A stretch of 63,772 bases of DNA, the filler included, from Aduncisulcus paluster (taxonomy: Eukaryota): the NCBI GenBank assembly GCA_024181965.1. It is 11 parts of 11 records of this genome, joined end to end, with 100 filler letters (N's around TTAATTAATTAA, not from the genome) between each part and the next. Parts side by side here need not be neighbours in the genome. Positions count along the whole stretch, not along the records: positions 35,803 to 38,338 come from BQXS01000056.1; positions 38,439 to 41,112 come from BQXS01000058.1; positions 41,213 to 45,474 come from BQXS01000059.1; positions 45,575 to 47,843 come from BQXS01000060.1; 7 more parts are not named here. The stretch is one strand, 5' to 3'. The position numbers were made by a program, and so were the translations under genes. Positions 35,703 through 47,535 of this stretch are shown here, piece after piece (position 1 is the first letter of the stretch; each line of letters begins with the position of its first letter). The notes under the pieces are model-generated. The model saw only the letters and a program-made list of their open reading frames with translations. It searched no databases and was not told the DNA's origin.

Positions 35703-35802
35703 NNNNNNNNNNNNNNNNNNNNNNNNNNNNNNNNNNNNNNNNNNNNTTAATTAATTAANNNNNNNNNNNNNNNNNNNNNNNNNNNNNNNNNNNNNNNNNN
35801 NN

Positions 35803-37858
35803 ATTCCTCAAATACTGATGCAACCTTATCGAATTGGACAAGACATTCGGACAAAGGTTTGGATAGATGTTCACTCGATGTTATCAAAGATGATCGTGTG
35901 CAGACACTGTGGCCAGAAGAACCATGGGGCTGATCAAGACCACTGAGATATTGTGAGAGGAATTGTAACAGGAATGAACACACAGATTCGTTGGCTTTGA
36001 TCACATGTTCCATCCTTGATGAAGTGATACGAGAGCAGACACGAGAACACTCCGAACAGATGGCATTGATCTTGGATTCTAATAGTTCAGAAGAAATTGG
36101 TTCGGCAGGAAGTGAAGAGAGACATAACTCACGTAAATTGTGCAAGTCACGATATCCAGAAACATCGGGCATATGAATGGCATCCATGGCATTGTGAACA
36201 TCTTCGTTCGCAAGCTGATCATTCGTGTACACAAGCATCGAGAGGAATCTCCACCGAGGAAGAGATGTCTGGTATAGATCCTCGGCAGCAAGGGAAGAGA
36301 CGATCTGGCATGGAGAGTGGGAATCAACAGAGTCTTCATCATACAGAGGGATTAATGCATCAAGATCGGGCATGAAGGATCGACGATGTTCTATCACTTG
36401 GCCATGTTCATCCTGCACTCGTTGAGCAACAGACACAGATTGTCCAGCAACTCGGACAGACAAAGCACTGAGTTCACTCTGGAGGGATATGCAAGTACGT
36501 TCCAACATCGATCCTTGCTGATCAGAATGTTGACGATGTTGACCAATGAGGGAAATGGTATCTTCAAGCTGTTTGGAATGACCATCAAGATCTGATCGAT
36601 GTTCAGAGATTGTTGTTTGCAGCTGAGATGTGGCACTAAGAAGGGTTGTGATCTGTTCTGATTGTGATTTAATCTGTTCTGATTGTCTTTGGATTGTTTC
36701 TTCTTGCTTCCGAATAACATCGCCTTGAGTGGTAATTGTTGTCTGAAGGGAGTCAATTTGCTTCTTGTTGTCTGAAAGTTGACTAACAAGAGAATCAATC
36801 TGTTTGCCAACTTGATATCTCCATCTACGTGCAATTTCATCTTCTGGGTTATCAATGAATCGGATTCCTCCTAAAAGGTTATTATAATAACCTCCACCCC
36901 AATTTTCTTGAATCAGAATTTCACAAGATACAACGTTGGAAAGATCCACAGGAAACGAAATCCAAAACCATGAGAGTTCTCTTCCTTTAGCAATTTCATA
37001 TTTCTTAACGATCCTCTTTCCAGAAGAATCTGTGAATGTAGCATCAAATCGCTTGACTCCATTCGTATAATTGTGAGTTAAAAGACAAAACTCCCCAATA
37101 TAATGAGGAGATGTGAAAGGAATATATAGGGAAGGGAAGAAATAGAGGCATCCCTTCCCAGCTAAAAATTTTTTCAAATGAGATTGTCCATATCCATTAG
37201 TAAACCGACAAGATGCCTTTGGAACATCAACCTTAACAACTTGGGGGTGATCAACAGGATATAGACCATGACGTGCCTTAGAATCCAATCCATCTGGGTA
37301 AATTTCCATGCATTCTCCTGGAATACATGGTTGGTCGATGAATTCAAAGTCTTTTGTGAGGAATCGGATGGAATATAAACGGCTTGATTCAACAACACTC
37401 CCATCCCAACATTTGAGGGTTTCAAGGTCACATTGCACAATATCATCCAGATCAACAGGGAAAAGTTGCCAAGAGAATTTCTCTAAGTTCCTCTCATATT
37501 CATATTCCTTGACAACCTTTTCTCCAGAAGAAGTGGTGAAGATAGCATTGAATTCTTTAACACTTTTGGAACCTTCATGGTAATAACTCACACAAAAATA
37601 TTGAACATTATGTGGACTAACAAAAGGAAAGTGAATTTGCTTCTGGAATTCGATGTAACCTTCAGTATTTGATAAAAACTGTTTCATATTAGCTCCACCA
37701 AGATGATAATCAACCGAAGCATACCCTTCATAAATTTTAACAAGTTCAGAAGGATGGATGGGGAATGGGTCGGTGTAAAGGTGGGGAGAATCAGCATATT
37801 TAGATCCGTCTTTCTCCTTCTGATTATATCGAAGTAATTTCCCGGTTATTTTTACCAT
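35803..37858 (-). CDS. Two copies of the lineage-specific DOC-like domain plus coiled coil, 3'-truncated
   Basis: Repeats IHFPFVSPH...FTTSSGEKVVKEYE...WQLFPVDLDDIVQCDL and YIPFTSPH...FTDSSGKRIVKKYE...WISFPVDLSNVVSCEI, then heptad-rich region. Confidence 0.8.
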
Positions 37859-38438
37859 TTCAGGTTAAATATAAGAATATATCAACAAGTACGATAGTAG
37901 GATGTTGTCAAAACCGAGTCTGAGAAATATTTTTTCATGAGGAGCCGTATAAGAATATATTTAAAATTTCTGAATATTGGACAAAATTAACGTTGCCAAA
38001 AGGGAGCTAGCAGAATAAATAGTTTGGGGAGCCGGTGAATCGCCGGCTGCTACCGAGATCACAAATCCTTCTCTTCACAGGCCTTTGTTAACCATCACAA
38101 TTTCAATCTAGCAAGAAAAATTTATTATCATGAAATTATATTTCTCAAATCCAGGTTATTTTCCAATATTATCGAATTGTTGCATGATATCGGATAGAAT
38201 CGTCTCACCTCTAGTTATTCGATTTTATATTCCTTTATCGGAGGATATTTGTATTTAAATTAGACTATCATTTATCAGACCTGAAGGTGACGTAGCTGTC
38301 TTCGCTGGCTATCGAAATACTGCTTAAATACTCAGTACNNNNNNNNNNNNNNNNNNNNNNNNNNNNNNNNNNNNNNNNNNNNTTAATTAATTAANNNNNN
38401 NNNNNNNNNNNNNNNNNNNNNNNNNNNNNNNNNNNNNN

Positions 38439-38898
38439 CTGAACGCTTCACAATGAGATCGTCCTCATCGATCAATTGCAATGCAACGTGACAACCACAC
38501 ATCATAATAGAATCCGAACTCAGCATCGCATGCAACATCCTCAAGATTAGCGTCATCTTCTCCCTTGGTGTTTGCAGATACAGGGACGTCACAAGAGTCG
38601 CAAGGGAACTTGGGAGATCTTCACTCACGACAACTCTATTCAGGCGGTGCGAAGGAGAGTTACTGCTAATTTGAGCGATAGAAAGGGTAGATCCACTGGT
38701 GGACAGGTTGAGAGAAGTGGAACCTGACCGAGCTGACGAAATACTACCTTTTCGAGTGAATGACAAGGGATTGGCCTTCATCATGGGATGTGAAAGAGGA
38801 TGAGAAGAGGCAAACCCGGGAGAAAGGGGGAATTTAGTCGATCTCTTTGAAGTGGAATCTGAAGCTATTTTCATTGGAGTGAGCCTTGATACGGACAA
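38439..38898 (-). CDS. Hypothetical Ser-rich protein, 3'-truncated, start uncertain
   Basis: Open frame to the contig end with higher GC than intergenic DNA. Confidence 0.45.
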
Positions 38899-38979
38899 TC
38901 TTCCGACTTGCTTGTTTTTCCAAGTATTACGTTGCTCATTTTGAATATATTTGTGAATATTGTAATAACTGAATGAAAA

Positions 38980-40143
38980 TTATGGATTCATGACAAAATA
39001 TTGTCTTGATTCCTCTCCCTTTCTCCCACTTCTTTTTTGTTTCCAATCTTTTTCCAATCTCATTCCATCGAATGCACAATCCACAACACATTCTTCCTTA
39101 ATAAATGAAAGAACTTCATCTTTTAAACGCATAACGGGACTGATGTCAACGATTGATGCATCTTGAATAGATTTTGAATCATCTTTCACACATTCGCTTG
39201 AACCTTGATCACTCTTCCTCTCCAATTCATCCTGAATTCTTTCATATCGCTTGACTATATTCGGTTTGATACTAAAATTAGAACGAGGTGTTTCAGAATC
39301 AGTGTATATATGAGAGAAATGTGTGAGAATAACATGCTTTAATTTGCAAAACGTAATGATTTTGGAAACATCAAACGATGAAAGATGATTAAATTTTGGA
39401 GCAAAATCCTTATCTTTCGCACCAAAAGTGCATTCCATAACAGCCAAGTCACAATCCTTAAGGGATTCTAAAATATGAGATGAAGGAAATTTGGTATCAC
39501 CCAATATAGCTATTTTTTCAGTATTAAGTTCAACAAATTCATCGACTTTATGAACTGTCTCCTTACCTTGTGAATCGATTGAACGGATTTCAGCAAAACT
39601 CCCAGAAAGAATATCTTTGAAATTTTTGTGAGATATTCCAGCCTCAACAGCTTTTTCATATTTTAATTTTCGACAGGTTGAAGATATAACAAAACCATGA
39701 GATGCAGGATTGTGATCCAATGGAACAGCTTTTACAGTGAAATGCCCCTTGGAAGTTTTCTCCTCTAAAACAATCATCTCAGATCCATCCGGAACCTCAA
39801 TATATTTCAATTTAAATCTAGGTTTTGGCATAAAACACATTGATATCGTACGGTCAATAAATTCTTTCATTTCTGGAGGTCCAATAATGGTGATGGCAGG
39901 AGATGTATGCCATTTCAAAGTTAATAATGGCAAGATCCCGTACATATGATCTAAATGCATATGGGAAATAAATATATGTGTTATTTTTGCAGGATTAATT
40001 CCACATGACTCTATTCTTGTTTCACAGGCTGGGCTGCAATCAAACAAAAATGATCGGGAATCCATTTCTAACAAAACCGAAGTACAAATCCGATCTGCGG
40101 AATGAGTGCCACCTGAAGTCCCAATAAATGTTAAATCAAACAT
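38980..40143 (-). CDS. Short-form RNase Z (ELAC1/Rnz-like metallo-beta-lactamase)
   Basis: LTFIGTSGG, FLFDC, HIFISHMHLDH, IIGP, LDH..SHGF, ILGDT, MECTF, HLS, LTHFS motifs. Confidence 0.88.
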   Translation of the reverse strand: MFDLTFIGTSGGTHSADRICTSVLLEMDSRSFLFDCSPACETRIESCGINPAKITHIFISHMHLDHMYGILPLLTLKWHTSPAITIIGPPEMKEFIDRTISMCFMPKPRFKLKYIEVPDGSEMIVLEEKTSKGHFTVKAVPLDHNPASHGFVISSTCRKLKYEKAVEAGISHKNFKDILSGSFAEIRSIDSQGKETVHKVDEFVELNTEKIAILGDTKFPSSHILESLKDCDLAVMECTFGAKDKDFAPKFNHLSSFDVSKIITFCKLKHVILTHFSHIYTDSETPRSNFSIKPNIVKRYERIQDELERKSDQGSSECVKDDSKSIQDASIVDISPVMRLKDEVLSFIKEECVVDCAFDGMRLEKDWKQKRSGRKGEESRQYFVMNP

Positions 40144-40472
40144 AGCTCCTGTAGCCAACACCTCAGAATGGTGATAACTATTCAGAGAAATTTGAAATGA
40201 AATATTATGAGAAAAATAATTTCATTTTCGAGGTATAACTTGTTTATTTTTAAAAATTAAGCGAATGAAAATGGATAAAGATTCCAATTGCTTTCGGAGT
40301 GGAGAATTCTTTCCGTTACGTTAGATCTAGGGTCTAACTCAGACACATCTTTTTATTATGATGGCAAAAGTCTGCACTTGTGCGAAAAGAATAAACAACT
40401 TCCTTTTGATAAACATTTTTTGTTATATAAATAGAAAAGCCTCAGATTCTTGAGTTATAAGACGAAACTGAG

Positions 40473-40931
40473 TTATACCGAAGGGGATAGGGTTGAAGCA
40501 AAGGTGGCAGAATTTGGCTGAGACAACATTCCAGATATATCTTGGAAAAGTAGATTCTGATCCGCGTTTGGATCTTGTTTTATATTTTCTTCCTTTTTCT
40601 TCTGCTTCGTAAATATTATTCCCACAGCAATGATTCCTCCTACCACCATTAAACAAGGAATCAATATAACAACAACATGCCCACCATTCACTTTATCTTT
40701 ACACCCTTCTTTAAAAGCGTGCATCCATGAACATACACACGTGGCCTGATCGAACGCTTTCTCATATGTGCAAGAACCATGGGAAGAAGAACATGACGTT
40801 TCACAGAAATTCTGGCATGGAGCTTCACCAAAAAAAGTGGGAACTCCATCGCAGTATATATTCTTCGCAGAAATGTGAACCAATAATGTCAAAAAAACAC
40901 AGATCAACAACAAATTAGGACGGAATAACAT
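40473..40931 (-). CDS. Small type-I membrane protein with Cys-rich ectodomain
   Basis: Signal peptide, Cys-rich ectodomain, TM helix followed by KQKKK. Confidence 0.7.
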   Translation of the reverse strand: MLFRPNLLLICVFLTLLVHISAKNIYCDGVPTFFGEAPCQNFCETSCSSSHGSCTYEKAFDQATCVCSWMHAFKEGCKDKVNGGHVVVILIPCLMVVGGIIAVGIIFTKQKKKEENIKQDPNADQNLLFQDISGMLSQPNSATFASTLSPSV

Positions 40932-41212
40932 TAAATATATAAAAATAAGAGATAAATCAATATAGTTATTAGTGTAAATAGTTGTTTTTCGAGAAAAATA
41001 GGCAGATCTGAAGGTGAGAAGAAAGAGAAGATTTGGGGAGGGTTAATTTGGGGATGTTGGCGCATCACTACCAAATCACTCTACTGTACTATACTGTATA
41101 CTGTTCTATACTNNNNNNNNNNNNNNNNNNNNNNNNNNNNNNNNNNNNNNNNNNNNTTAATTAATTAANNNNNNNNNNNNNNNNNNNNNNNNNNNNNNNN
41201 NNNNNNNNNNNN

Positions 41213-42511
41213 CCTCTATACCATGATCCTTTGTTGCATAATCGCCAATATCACGAGTCTCTTCCCCATAATCACCGGTATCACGAACCTTTGTCTCATG
41301 ATCCTCCATATCATAAACCTGTTTCTCAAAGAGGACCCTACAGGAGACCCATTCAAAAATCTATTTACCATGAACCTCATACTCTTGGGGATTTACAAAC
41401 TCAAAAAGATCCTCACTATAGACTTCACTCTCAGCCTTCTCATGCCATTTATTCTCCAATTTCTGTCCACAAAAAGAGAAATATAGTTGTTCTTGGCCCT
41501 TCTGTTGAGAAACAGGAAATATCTTTATTTAGACCAGCGCTTTCTCAAACTATTCGAACCTTGAAGCCGAAGCCTATTCCTTCTCAACCTATGCAGTCTC
41601 AACCATCTCTCAAATCCAGCACAATTCAAACGGAAACATTTTTACTTACTTCAGAGGAGAAAGAAAAGCTTCAAGTCGAGGCTCAATTAGATTTGATTCA
41701 ACAACAGATTCAAGAGCTTGAATCACAATATCATGAACAAAGAAAAATCCGTAAAAAGGAAGAAAAACAGGCCAAAAAACTGATTCAAGAGCAAAAAGAA
41801 AAGGAAAAGAGGAGAAAAAAACGAGAAGAACGAAGACTACGTAGATTACAAGAGAGAGAATCACAATTGGAGAAAGATAGGGAAAAAGATCATTTAATTG
41901 CCCAAAATAGAGTATTTTTTAGGCCTAATATGCATAAATATGATTTTTCCACGGTTGATTCAAGAGTGCCTTCCCTTGATGAGTCTCCAAAGAAAGATAC
42001 AGAAATCCACACGAAAGAATCTTCTTTATTCCAGAAAAGTGAGATTGATCATGTATCTCTTCCTTCCTCTCCTCTTTCTCAACCTAAATATAGACCTTCT
42101 CAAACTGAATATAAGACATCTTCTTTGTGTCCTTCATCTCCATTTTCCCCCTCAAAACCATCAACTTCCTCCTCAAAACATCAGCATCCTGGTTCATCGC
42201 GTCTTAATACATCCAAATTAAGCACATCGATGTCCCTTCCAACTTCTTCCTCTTCTTCTTTTCATCCATGTTCTGCCGCTCACCCTCAATTTAGTCAAAC
42301 TTTGTCTTCGTTGCATAAAAAGGCCGAACATCTCCACCAAAAGGAACTTTATCTCACAAAGATTGGAGAGCAGGTGTGTTCAAGCTTCAGAAAGAGTCTT
42401 GATATCGCCTCTGATCGTGAAAGGCAGCGTATCCAGACGTTAGACCATGTTTTGAGTGAAATACAACGTTTTAGAAAGAATAGAAGGGAGAAAAGAGAAG
42501 CTAGAGAGTGA
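41213..42511 (+). CDS. Hypothetical coiled-coil protein with degenerate 10-aa YHEP repeats, 5'-truncated
   Basis: Frame open from the contig start; YHDP/YHES/YHEP/YHKP at 10-aa spacing; E/K/R coiled coil. Confidence 0.65.
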   Translation, partial: PLYHDPLLHNRQYHESLPHNHRYHEPLSHDPPYHKPVSQRGPYRRPIQKSIYHEPHTLGDLQTQKDPHYRLHSQPSHAIYSPISVHKKRNIVVLGPSVEKQEISLFRPALSQTIRTLKPKPIPSQPMQSQPSLKSSTIQTETFLLTSEEKEKLQVEAQLDLIQQQIQELESQYHEQRKIRKKEEKQAKKLIQEQKEKEKRRKKREERRLRRLQERESQLEKDREKDHLIAQNRVFFRPNMHKYDFSTVDSRVPSLDESPKKDTEIHTKESSLFQKSEIDHVSLPSSPLSQPKYRPSQTEYKTSSLCPSSPFSPSKPSTSSSKHQHPGSSRLNTSKLSTSMSLPTSSSSSFHPCSAAHPQFSQTLSSLHKKAEHLHQKELYLTKIGEQVCSSFRKSLDIASDRERQRIQTLDHVLSEIQRFRKNRREKREARE

Positions 42512-42690
42512 TATGTTTATTTTTAGACTGTTGATTAACGGATAATCAGATCATCATGTCAGTATCGTATCAATCTGTATATTGGACTCAAAATCAGTTT
42601 ATAACTTTATAATGAACCTGGTCAAAGTTAAAATCGGCTAATAAATGAGAATTATCATAATTTAAATTATAAATAATTATTTAATTATTG

Positions 42691-43875
42691 TTATTTAACT
42701 TGTCTGGCGACATTCTTGTATCCAATTCCCTGGCATACACATATAATTGACTCTTGCTCACCATGTTTCGACCTCTTCTCCCTCTTCGTTACCTCTTTCT
42801 TCTCACGGATACATTTTTGGACCCATCTCTCATCGGCCGTCTGGAGGTTGAATGAAACACCAAAGAACTCTTTTAATAGCCGCAAAACACGAATAGACCT
42901 CGGAGTTATGCGTCCAATCCGGATTCTACTCATTTTTTCAGGGGCTAGAGTCATGAGAACCATCATTATAACTTGATGAGAGCTATCAACAACTCCTCCT
43001 TCAGAAATCTCTCTAAATAATCGCTCTGCGCACTTCTTTCCTAGTGATTCGGGTGTATAATGTGTGATATGACGTCCTTCAATGCTGCATGCACACGCAG
43101 AAGAAGATAACATGGCCTGAGAAGTTGATGTGGCATGGAGTTCCATACTAAACCCGGGAGAATCCCCACTTTTGTCTTTTCCATAATGGCGAGTGGCAAT
43201 ATCAATGTCTGATAATAATTGTTGGAACAAACCTTTGGCCGAGAAGGCTGCAGATCGGCCGAATTGTGTTTGGCATCGCGCAGTGCACACAATGCCGCGA
43301 ATATCATGAATAAGGCCCGGATCCGTGAAATCTACAACATTAAGTTGATTTACAGAGGGCACTCTGAGCACAGCCAATCCTTTCCCAAGGGGAGGCATCC
43401 CACGACGAGGAATTTGGAGGTCAAATGCTCCCCTAGAAGTTGAACTACGGCCTATGCCAAAATATTTTAATGATGGAATTGTAACATCCTTTATCACATC
43501 GAGAGATAATTCTTCGTCGGCATCAGTAACTCCAGAAAGACCAATGACGGTATTTTCTCTTGCAAAAGGTAATAAAAGAAGAAGATATTCAATATAATAA
43601 CTCAGAGAACGAGAATTTGAACATTCAAAAACATCCAAATCTCCACCTTCAATTGTTCCTGGTGTGAATATAACATTGTCCTCAGTTGTTGATATTTCAA
43701 TTTTAGTTCCAAGTGTTATGTGTTTTATGAGATTCAAAAATGACTTTTCATGCTCTTTAAGACCCATATCAGCTTCTAATACTCTGATATTATTAATCTC
43801 AATAGGTTTTGAAGATAGAAGAGATAAGGTTATTTTCATCGCAAAAGACGACTCGTCAAAAATTATTCGAGACAT
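42691..43875 (-). CDS. RCL1: RNA 3'-terminal phosphate cyclase-like protein Rcl1
   Basis: LSLLSSKPIEINNIR, GLKEHE, SRSLSYYIE, RRGMPPLGKG, SPGF, PESLG, GGVVDSSHQ, GIGYKNVARQV. Confidence 0.9.
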   Translation of the reverse strand: MSRIIFDESSFAMKITLSLLSSKPIEINNIRVLEADMGLKEHEKSFLNLIKHITLGTKIEISTTEDNVIFTPGTIEGGDLDVFECSNSRSLSYYIEYLLLLLPFARENTVIGLSGVTDADEELSLDVIKDVTIPSLKYFGIGRSSTSRGAFDLQIPRRGMPPLGKGLAVLRVPSVNQLNVVDFTDPGLIHDIRGIVCTARCQTQFGRSAAFSAKGLFQQLLSDIDIATRHYGKDKSGDSPGFSMELHATSTSQAMLSSSACACSIEGRHITHYTPESLGKKCAERLFREISEGGVVDSSHQVIMMVLMTLAPEKMSRIRIGRITPRSIRVLRLLKEFFGVSFNLQTADERWVQKCIREKKEVTKREKRSKHGEQESIICVCQGIGYKNVARQVK

Positions 43876-44284
43876 TAATAACCGATCTATATCTCTTGTA
43901 GGCTCTCAAAAATGTGAATTAAAAATCAAACAGCATAAATTAAGAATATTGTGATTACTAACCGGTAAATGTATTTGAATTCCTATTATAACTTAAATTA
44001 TAAGTAAATGAATATAGTAGGCTAATGAATACATCCAGGAGAACAAATCCTTGTATTAGAAACAAAAAAATCAATGTATATACTTAAAAGATTCCTTATA
44101 TCCTCCTATTATTGACATTGACAAGGAAGGACATCAATTTACATTGATTATTAAGAAGATACAGGAAAAAATGGTAATTCATCTTTGGAAGATAATTGAC
44201 ATGAAAAATTAATATGTACTTTCATATAAATGCGTAGACACCCAAATAAAAATCTTAAAAACCTTTCTAATTAATGCAAAAAAG

Positions 44285-45474
44285 TTGGCATATGAAATGA
44301 TGTCCATTTCGACACATTCAATGAACTGGGAATCTCCAGTTAGTGGAACTGGGATATTTGAAGGGTTCGGCTTGATTGATATCGAAACAATTTTTGAATG
44401 GGATGTATTTGGCGATTCTGCTTCCATCCTCCCAATCATTGACGATGACGAAGAATCTGATCAAATTCAAGATGAAGATAGTTATGAATCGCGGCAAGAA
44501 GCTCGTCGAAAGATAGATGAAAAACAAAATGCTGCTTTTCTTCGACGTGAGCGAACTTTAGATGAGAAGCGTGAACGAGCTAAAAGGGTGATTCAAGCCC
44601 GTAAAAATGTCGTCTTAAAGAAGAAAGAAATGACTGATGAACTTCAAAAGAAGGATGCTGAATGGAAAAAACGGGAGGAACGTGCCATTATCATGAAAGA
44701 ACAACTCATAAAGACAATTCGGGATAAAGCTGGTGAGGCCGTTAAATTCGTGATGGCTCGGCATGATCGACAGCGTGAAGAAGAGAAAGAAGAACGAGAA
44801 CGGCGAGAACGAGAAAATGAAAAGAAAAGGGAAGAGAGTGATAAAAGGCGTTCTGCGCGTGAGAAAAAGATGAAAGAGCGATTTAAAAGTGTTGTTGATA
44901 ATGCATTCCATGTGAAACAAAAGAAAGAGCAAGTTGATGAAGAACAGAAACAAAGACAGCTTGAGAGGATCACCGAAAAGCTTCAGCAAGCTGAATCTCG
45001 AAAAAAAACGCAACAACAAAACAAAATTAGATTTGCTAGCCTTGAAATTAAGAAAGTAGAATTAATTTCCTCCCCTAAACGTCAACAGGAATATAGAAAG
45101 AAATCTTCAAGGATTAGGCCTCCCCCCCCTTCTAAATCACGAAGTCATTATGATAACTCCTCATCTTCTCTTCCATCCCATTCACACGGCCATTCAACCC
45201 ATAAATCCTACCCTCAATACACCAAAACCCTTGTCACCTCATTCCAATATGCTTCAGCCTTATCTTATTCCATGGTTATGTCATATTTCACCACCGTCTT
45301 TGCCAATCAAGACCTCATGCAATCTCAAGGTGGTTCTATTCCTCTTATTTCAAAAGAAAGTACTCTAGACCCCTTATTTAACTCCATCACAGCCATTCCT
45401 TCGTTTTTATCTTCAAGATCTCTGACTTTATTAAGAATTCATTCGTATCTCCTTTCAAACCACCCTGATCTCTT
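44285..45474 (+). CDS. Charged coiled-coil protein (weakly SCAPER-like), 3'-truncated, 5' end uncertain
   Basis: Long E/K/R helix; SCAPER resemblance is by eye only. Confidence 0.6.
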
Positions 45475-46112
45475 NNNNNNNNNNNNNNNNNNNNNNNNNN
45501 NNNNNNNNNNNNNNNNNNTTAATTAATTAANNNNNNNNNNNNNNNNNNNNNNNNNNNNNNNNNNNNNNNNNNNNTGAAGCATCAGGGGATTAGATTCGTA
45601 GCAGTATACAGACACATATATACCATCATATTCCGAGTTCTTGATATTTTTGATTGTAAGCAAAGGCAAGTGAAAATGAAACAGAAAGGCAAGGATAAGG
45701 ATAGAAATGAAATGGAAATATATCCATGTTATTGAATAGCATTGAAATCGTTCATAAATGTTCTTAACACGTGAAATGGAACTATATCCAGTCCTGAGGG
45801 TTCTCCAAAAGCCTGAGATATCGAGAATAAACACCATGGCATGGAAATGGAAATAAAACATGTTTTTATCATTTGTCAGCATTTAACTCGTTTATATGTG
45901 TGTTTTATAAATTCCCAATCTTATCTATTGAAGAGTTGCTTGTTCAGTCTGTTGGCGGCTAAGCACCGATGTCCATTTTTTCTTGGCAAACAAGCAAATC
46001 GTATGTTTACTATATGCCATATCTTTTATTAAATGTATATTAAGAAATATTTTAACAGGATTCATTCATTATTCTGCTTGTTTTTATATTTTAGATACGA
46101 AATTCTATCTCT

Positions 46113-47249
46113 ATGAGTTCATCCACAGATTCTCTCATTCAAACTCTGGAACCTGAGTTTGTTCATGAAGGATATCGGTGGTTCTGTCCAGTTCCAGGAG
46201 ATGCCCCCAATATTAAGAGTGCAGAGTTTCCAACTATCAAAGCAATAGATGGAACCAAGGAAGAAAGTGAATGTGGGTACGATCAGAGTTCTGAAGCACA
46301 AAAGATGATGAAAGCAGAAGGTCAGTTTGGACAATTTACCCATATCTCTATTCCTTTCTCTTCGTCTTCCCCAATGAAAGGGGCTTATATCTGTCTACAT
46401 GGTAATTCTTATCCTCCATCACACCTTATCTTCACTCTCACATCTTCAAAGGGTGATAAAACATCCAAGAAATGCGAATTTCATGAATTTCTTGGTTTTC
46501 ATTGGTATTTCCTTCCTGTTGATCTCCCTGATGTTGTTCTGTGTGAGATTACAGGGAAAGGAAGAAAGAAAGAGTCTTTTGATATCAAAATCCTTGTTTT
46601 TATTAGTAGAGAAGAAACTCCTGAAGAAATCAAATCTCGTGAAGCTAAAGAGAAACTATGGTCTGAAGCTCCAGTCGTGAAAGCAGAGTTTGTTAAGGAA
46701 GGAGATAAAAAATTTCAAGCTAGAGATTACATGCCCGTTCCACGAGTTTCTCCTCCCATTCAACGAGATGATCCAAAGCTTGTTAATCCTTCATTCTCAA
46801 TGGTTAAGTGCCAGGATGATTCGAGGAGTGTGGAATCTAAGTATTATGATCGGAGTTCAGAAGCACAAAAAATGTTGAAAGGGGAACGTCCACTATACGC
46901 CGGTGGTGTATGGTTATCCCATCTTTCTATCCCTTTCCCATCACCTAGTCCTATGAAAGGTGCTTATATCTGTGTGGATCATGGTTATAGCTCACCCTGT
47001 CTTCTCTTCACTTTTACTGATTGTGATGGCAAGAAGACCCTCAAGAAGTATGAATTCAGAAGACCTAGACATGATTATGAATGGGACTTCCTTCCTATTG
47101 ATTTAGAAAATGTTGTTTTGTGTGAGATTGAAGGGAAAGGAATATGGTGGAAGGAGAATAGTCGAATTTTTGAAATCTTCTCCCTTATGTTTATTATGCC
47201 CGAGGAAATCATTGCAGCTGAACGAATATCTCTTCTTCCATGGAAATAA
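46113..47249 (+). CDS. Lineage-specific protein of two tandem DOC-like domains
   Basis: Internal repeat EFVxEG...HxSIPF.S.SPMKGAYIC...FT.T...G.KT.KK.EF...W.FLP.DL..VVLCEI.GKG; intact 378-aa ORF. Confidence 0.85.
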   Translation: MSSSTDSLIQTLEPEFVHEGYRWFCPVPGDAPNIKSAEFPTIKAIDGTKEESECGYDQSSEAQKMMKAEGQFGQFTHISIPFSSSSPMKGAYICLHGNSYPPSHLIFTLTSSKGDKTSKKCEFHEFLGFHWYFLPVDLPDVVLCEITGKGRKKESFDIKILVFISREETPEEIKSREAKEKLWSEAPVVKAEFVKEGDKKFQARDYMPVPRVSPPIQRDDPKLVNPSFSMVKCQDDSRSVESKYYDRSSEAQKMLKGERPLYAGGVWLSHLSIPFPSPSPMKGAYICVDHGYSSPCLLFTFTDCDGKKTLKKYEFRRPRHDYEWDFLPIDLENVVLCEIEGKGIWWKENSRIFEIFSLMFIMPEEIIAAERISLLPWK

Positions 47250-47535
47250 TGCAAGAAATGGTATGAAATGCTAATATTGTGTGAAGAACAATAAAAAAAA
47301 GCACCTGTTTTTTTTTTCCGGAAATTCCGGGGTCTTTATTCTAGATTGTTGGACAAAATCCCTATGTCACAGGGCCTATGAGTTGGAAACGGAAGTCTAA
47401 TGCAATGCATTCAATGTATTGTCCCGGAAAGAGATTCACAAACGGGTTTTGAGTCCGTTTGAGAACTTTGATTTCTAAGCAAGAGAAAATAAATCTAAAA
47501 ACCAATAAAATCAATTCGTTTGTTCTTTTCAGGCA

